IMG/VR virus record: IMGVR_UViG_3300045988_179251
Location: 1-42,146 of that record
Strand: one strand, 5' to 3'
Length of the DNA stretch: 42,146 nucleotides
DNA from: a virus
The notes under the pieces are model-generated. The model ran no database searches. It was not told the DNA's origin and saw nothing but the letters and a program-made list of their open reading frames with translations. This document shows, in pieces, positions 38,016 to 42,146 of this stretch. The position numbers were made by a program, and so were the translations under genes. Each line of letters opens with the position of its first letter. Positions within the stretch are counted from its first letter, which is position 1.

Positions 38016-39509
38016 ATGAGCGAAAAACACCTATCCGAAATCGCCGCCCACCTCACCCTCCCAGAAAACATCACACACACCGCCTGGCCGCCAGTCAAAC
38101 ACCGCCTCCAAGAAATGCAATACCCCCTCGACGTCTGGCAACAAGACTGGCTCAAAGCAATCCTCGCCAAAAGAAACGACGGCCACTACGCAGCCAGCAT
38201 CGACGGAATCCAAGCATCCATCCCCCGCCAGGTCGGCAAAACATACACAATCGGCGGCCTCGCATTCGCACTCGCCACCCTCCACCCAAACTACTTCATC
38301 CTTTGGACCGCACACCGCACACGCACCGCAGACGAAACATTCAACGACATGAAAGGCATGGCACAAATACCCAACATCGCCCCATACGTAAACAAAATAC
38401 GGCAAGCAAACGGACAGCAAGCCATCCTCTTCAACAACGGATCACGCATTCTCTTCGGCGCCCGCGAAGGAGGATTCGGACGCGGATTCCACGGCGTCGA
38501 CATGATCCTTTTCGACGAAGCCCAGATCCTGGGCGCCGCCGCACTAGACGACATGATCCCCGCCACAAACACGGCGCCAGACCCGCTCATCATCAAAATC
38601 GGGACACCACCAAAACCAAAAGACCCGTCCGAAGCTTTCAGCGAATTCCGCAACCTCGCTTTGCAAGGCGAAATAAAAGACGGCCTCTACCTCGAACTAG
38701 CCGCCGACTACAACGCTAACAGCGACGACAGAAAACAATGGGAAAAAGCCAACCCATCATACCCTCGCCGCACACCCGAATCCGCCATTCTAAGAATGCG
38801 CAGACAACTCGGAGAAGAATCATTCCGACGTGAAGGCCTCGGAATCTGGGACCGCGCCAACGACAGACTCGCAATCGACCCAGTCGCCTGGAACACCGCC
38901 ACAATACGCCCAGAAAACACCCCCAGCGGCATGCGATGGTGCGCCGCAATCCGATTCGCACCCGACGGATCAACATGCGCCCTAGCCAGAGCAGGACACA
39001 AAGCCAACACGCCCACACACGTCGAACTATGCACCCACCAAGGCGTCCGCCGCATGAATGAAGGCACGCAATGGATCATCGACTACATTGCGGACACAAA
39101 AGACAGATGGGCACAAATCATCGTAGACGGAAAATACGGTGCCGGAGACACAATCGAAAGACTGAGAGCCATCGGAGTACGCCCCCAAGTCATCATCACC
39201 CCCACGATCACGCAAATCATAGACGCTTACAGCATGCTAGACGCCTCGTTGCGCGAAAAAACGATCACACACCTAGACGATATGGAATTGCGGACTGAGG
39301 CCGCGTCGGCGACGCCGCGCCCAATCGGAACATCAGGTGGGTGGGCGCTACAAGCCCCGCCAGGCGCCACCGTAGCCGGCCTAGAAGCCTGCACGCTCGC
39401 AATGTGGGCCGCGCGCACAACAAAAAGAAGGCCACGTTACAAACCTTATGATAAAATCGAAAACGCCAATAGTAACACTGATCGTGGCGGCGGAGTACTG
39501 TTCCTATGA
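38016..39509 (+). CDS. terL: Terminase large subunit
   Basis: 497 aa. The Walker A-like motif is IPRQVGKTYT and Walker B is MILFDEAQIL. It is followed by a nuclease-domain-sized C-terminus and directly precedes the portal gene. Confidence 0.9.
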   Translation: MSEKHLSEIAAHLTLPENITHTAWPPVKHRLQEMQYPLDVWQQDWLKAILAKRNDGHYAASIDGIQASIPRQVGKTYTIGGLAFALATLHPNYFILWTAHRTRTADETFNDMKGMAQIPNIAPYVNKIRQANGQQAILFNNGSRILFGAREGGFGRGFHGVDMILFDEAQILGAAALDDMIPATNTAPDPLIIKIGTPPKPKDPSEAFSEFRNLALQGEIKDGLYLELAADYNANSDDRKQWEKANPSYPRRTPESAILRMRRQLGEESFRREGLGIWDRANDRLAIDPVAWNTATIRPENTPSGMRWCAAIRFAPDGSTCALARAGHKANTPTHVELCTHQGVRRMNEGTQWIIDYIADTKDRWAQIIVDGKYGAGDTIERLRAIGVRPQVIITPTITQIIDAYSMLDASLREKTITHLDDMELRTEAASATPRPIGTSGGWALQAPPGATVAGLEACTLAMWAARTTKRRPRYKPYDKIENANSNTDRGGGVLFL

Positions 39510-41113
39510 CTGAAATTTATCCTGACGACGGACGGCTCGTTAATGCTACGCCGGCACCCACACGCATTTCCGGACTCCCCGACGAATACAAGGTAACATT
39601 CCTGCAACTATGGCAGAAATGGCAGCAGCACTCAAACAAAAACAAGCTGCTCTCCGTCTACTACGACGGCCACCGCGCTTTCCAGGACCTTGGTATCAGT
39701 ATTCCGCCGCAAATGACACGCACCAAAGCCGCACTCGGATGGCCTCAGAAAGTCGTCACCATGCTCGCCAGGAGGCACGTATTCGAGGGCTACTCCCTGA
39801 ACGGCGCCCCCGACGCTTTCGAAGCAAACGAAATACTATCCGCCAACAACTACGACCTCGATCTCGCCCAAGCGATCACTTCAGCGTACAAGCATTCTTT
39901 CTCGCTGCTCACCGTGACGCGGGGGGACGAGACTATTGGTGAGCCGCCTGTCGTCGTGCAGGCCCGTGACGCAGAATGGTCTGCCGCACTATGGGACACG
40001 CGCCGCCGCATAATCGAGGCCGCCCTCACAATTGATCAGACCGACAAATACGGGCAGCCGGCAGGCGCCATCATGCACACCCCCACCGCCATTTGGCGAA
40101 TCGACGCCAAAGAGAACGGCGGCGGATGGAAAGCCGAAAAACTCGGAGACACACCAAACCGCATTTTCGTCGAAGCGCTCTGCTACGACCCGCAACTGAA
40201 CCGGCCGTTGGGACATTCACGAATCACCCGCGAAGTAAGATATCTCACGGACGCGGCAGTGAGGACAATGGTCCGCGCGGAAACGTCCGCCGAATTCTTC
40301 TCCTCACCGCAGCGATATGTGCTCGGCGCAGAAAGAGCAGACTTCGCCGGCCAGGACAGGTGGTCCGCAATCATGGCCCGAGTACAGGTTCTCGAGCCGA
40401 ACGAGAACGGTGACATTCCCAGTGTGGGGCAATTCTCACAAATGACCATGGGTCCCCACTTGGAAATGTACCGTCAGCTGGCGCAGAATTTGTGTGCAGC
40501 CACAAACCTTCCTCAATCCGCTATCGGGGTATTCGCGGAGAACCCCACCTCGGCTGAGGCGATGCAGGCGGCTGAGGCGTCGCTCGCGGACGAAGCCGAG
40601 TATCAGTGGCGTATTTTCACCGCCCCGCTGCGGCGCACTCTGCAGAACGTTATTATGGTCCGGGACAAGCTTGACGAGCCGCCCGCCGAGTCGTGGAAGA
40701 CGTCCGTGAAGTGGACCCCCGCCCGCTATTCCTCACCGTCGTCTGCCGCTGATTTCGCGGTCAAAATGGTGTCTGCTTTCCCGTCGCTGCAGGAGTCGCA
40801 GACTCTCATGCGGCGTGCCGGACTCACCGAGGACGATCTCGCAGATATCAACGCTGAAAATCGCAAAAAGAATGCAATATCGTTGCTGGACCGTGCTCTC
40901 GCTGCCACGAATAACGGGGGCGCCGTGGATGAGAATGACGAGAACGGTGACGCAGCCAACAATAATGGTGACGATAATGTTGACAACGCCAGCAACAATA
41001 ACGACAACAGCGGCAACAGCAATAACCTGAACCTCAATAACGCGCCCAATACAAGGAACAGGATTAAGCGCAACATTAAACTGCCCGGCGGAACCAAAAC
41101 ACCAATAAACTAA
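39506..41113 (+). CDS. Portal protein with an Asn/Asp-rich C-terminal extension
   Basis: 535 aa with an ATGA overlap to terL. Position and size fit an SPP1-type portal. The last roughly 70 aa are low-complexity N/D-rich. Confidence 0.85.
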   Translation: MTEIYPDDGRLVNATPAPTRISGLPDEYKVTFLQLWQKWQQHSNKNKLLSVYYDGHRAFQDLGISIPPQMTRTKAALGWPQKVVTMLARRHVFEGYSLNGAPDAFEANEILSANNYDLDLAQAITSAYKHSFSLLTVTRGDETIGEPPVVVQARDAEWSAALWDTRRRIIEAALTIDQTDKYGQPAGAIMHTPTAIWRIDAKENGGGWKAEKLGDTPNRIFVEALCYDPQLNRPLGHSRITREVRYLTDAAVRTMVRAETSAEFFSSPQRYVLGAERADFAGQDRWSAIMARVQVLEPNENGDIPSVGQFSQMTMGPHLEMYRQLAQNLCAATNLPQSAIGVFAENPTSAEAMQAAEASLADEAEYQWRIFTAPLRRTLQNVIMVRDKLDEPPAESWKTSVKWTPARYSSPSSAADFAVKMVSAFPSLQESQTLMRRAGLTEDDLADINAENRKKNAISLLDRALAATNNGGAVDENDENGDAANNNGDDNVDNASNNNDNSGNSNNLNLNNAPNTRNRIKRNIKLPGGTKTPIN

Positions 41114-41121
41114 CACTTATC

Positions 41122-41847
41122 ATGCTGTCAACCGCAGAAATCGGGGCGTACGGGCGAGCAATAGACTCACTCACCACACTCGCCCAAAACGATTTACACA
41201 CACTCTGGTCGCACGCTGCTAGACAGCGCCCCGAACAGGCACGCGATCTTCTACTCGAAATCATGCCCGCCCTCGTCGACCAATACGGCAGTGCGGCCGC
41301 CGCAATCGCCGACGAATGGTACCGCGACATGCGCCTAGACCAGGACATTCCCGGCGACGCACCCACAGTACAAACATCGCTCACACCACAAGGTGAAATA
41401 GACGACAGCGTAAGATTCAGTGCAGGCGCACTATACGCCGGAACCCCTGACATTGCCCTATCCTATTTGACCGGGGCGCTCATCCGATACGTCAGCGACG
41501 GCGCCCGCTCACAAATCGCAGACATGACATGGGCCGACCCAGAAGCAATGGGCTGGGAAAGACGGACACGCAATCCACAAGCATGCAATTTCTGCGTCAT
41601 GCTCACAATGAACGAATGCTACTACCGCAGCCAGGGCACCGCATCATTCGGGGCGCACGATAACTGTAAATGTGTTGCGGTCCCCGCATGGGACCCGACC
41701 TCCCGGGAAGTGCCGGCAAAAGCATACGCGCTCGCAGCCAGACACAAAACCGAAAAGGGTCGCACGCGCCATCGCGAGCTCGTTTCATCGTGGATAGACA
41801 CGCACCAGGAAGAGCTTGCAGAATGGCGTACCCGGCCAATTGAATGA
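41122..41847 (+). CDS. MuF-like head morphogenesis (minor capsid) protein
   Basis: C-terminal CNFCVML...FGAHDNCKCVAVP is the CxxC...HxxCxC pattern of Mu F / SPP1 gp7-like proteins. It follows the portal gene. Confidence 0.7.
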   Translation: MLSTAEIGAYGRAIDSLTTLAQNDLHTLWSHAARQRPEQARDLLLEIMPALVDQYGSAAAAIADEWYRDMRLDQDIPGDAPTVQTSLTPQGEIDDSVRFSAGALYAGTPDIALSYLTGALIRYVSDGARSQIADMTWADPEAMGWERRTRNPQACNFCVMLTMNECYYRSQGTASFGAHDNCKCVAVPAWDPTSREVPAKAYALAARHKTEKGRTRHRELVSSWIDTHQEELAEWRTRPIE

Positions 41848-41955
41848 TTGTGCTACAATGCATAAACAAAGGCCACAATAGACGGCTGCAAAGTCCAAAA
41901 CTAGTTGCCTGAAAATATCACAATAACCGCACGGTCAAAATATAGGAAACGCCCA

Positions 41956-42146
41956 ATGAGAAATAACGCTGCAAGAGACACGCCGGCCGACAACAGCGCC
42001 ACTAACGACGACAATGCCCCCAAGAATGAGAGCAATGCTTCCGTTAGTAAGCCTGAAGTCGACTGGAAGAGCGAGTCCCGGAAGTGGGAGAATCGCGCCA
42101 AGGAAAATCGGCGCGCCGCCAACGAACGAGACGAGCTCGCCAAGGC
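41956..42146 (+). CDS. Scaffolding-like protein, 5' part (continues at base 56 across the circular junction)
   Basis: ATG at 41956. The frame is continuous with 3-350 after removing the 55-bp overlap (486 nt in total). Confidence 0.6.
   Translation, partial: MRNNAARDTPADNSATNDDNAPKNESNASVSKPEVDWKSESRKWENRAKENRRAANERDELAK

Noticed and set aside
37607-38719. 370-aa + strand ORF overlapping the 37731 ORF and the 5' half of terL
   Set aside because: The translation is extremely low-complexity (runs of R, H, P, T, N, K). It exists only because the T-poor strand lacks stop codons, and terL occupies another frame with clear Walker motifs.
38031-39079. Minus-strand ORFs antisense to terL (38031-38420, 38291-38653, 38708-39079)
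   Set aside because: They are a by-product of the A-poor minus strand. The terL frame is clearly the coding one.

Overview
The window is a complete, circularly closed genome of a tailed dsDNA phage of siphovirus type. Bases 1-55 are identical to 42092-42146, so the unique length is 42,091 bp, and a scaffold-like gene reads in frame across the junction. All family names below come from reading the translations and from memory of those families; no search was possible. The gene content looks like phages of Actinobacteria: HK97-type capsid, Gp19-like adaptor, G/GT tail chaperone with a canonical -1 slip site, a 1520-aa tape measure with an embedded NlpC/P60 motif, a two-TM holin, a RuvC-like resolvase, an AEP prim-pol, DUF3987, SNF2, and a Sak4-like/DUF669/Cas4-like recombination set. 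The layout has five parts. (1) HNH, terminase, portal, head and tail genes lie on + (35634, through the junction, to 15159). (2) A 4-kb inverted cassette lies on - (19249 down to 15236) with a dCTP deaminase, a DUF3310 fusion and unknowns. (3) A lysis cassette lies on + (19457-22261). (4) Replication, recombination and early genes lie on - (34341 down to 22360). (5) A ~3.7-kb gene-poor region (34342-38015) separates the divergent early and late arms. I recognised no integrase, repressor, tRNA, CRISPR array or transposase, so the phage is probably virulent. The most unusual material is the gene-poor region. Its + strand is almost T-free. It contains an array of eight same-orientation DnaA-box 9-mers next to AT-rich 13-mer repeats. 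It also contains two copies of a conserved hairpin whose outer stems covary, each followed by a polypurine tract, and several operator-like palindromes. Other notable points are a 16-bp perfect palindrome (TGTTTCACGTGAAACA) present three times at terminator junctions, a genome-wide mosaic of two opposite synonymous-codon regimes (G/T-ending versus A/C-ending), and a spherulin-4/GH135-like putative depolymerase at the end of the tail module.
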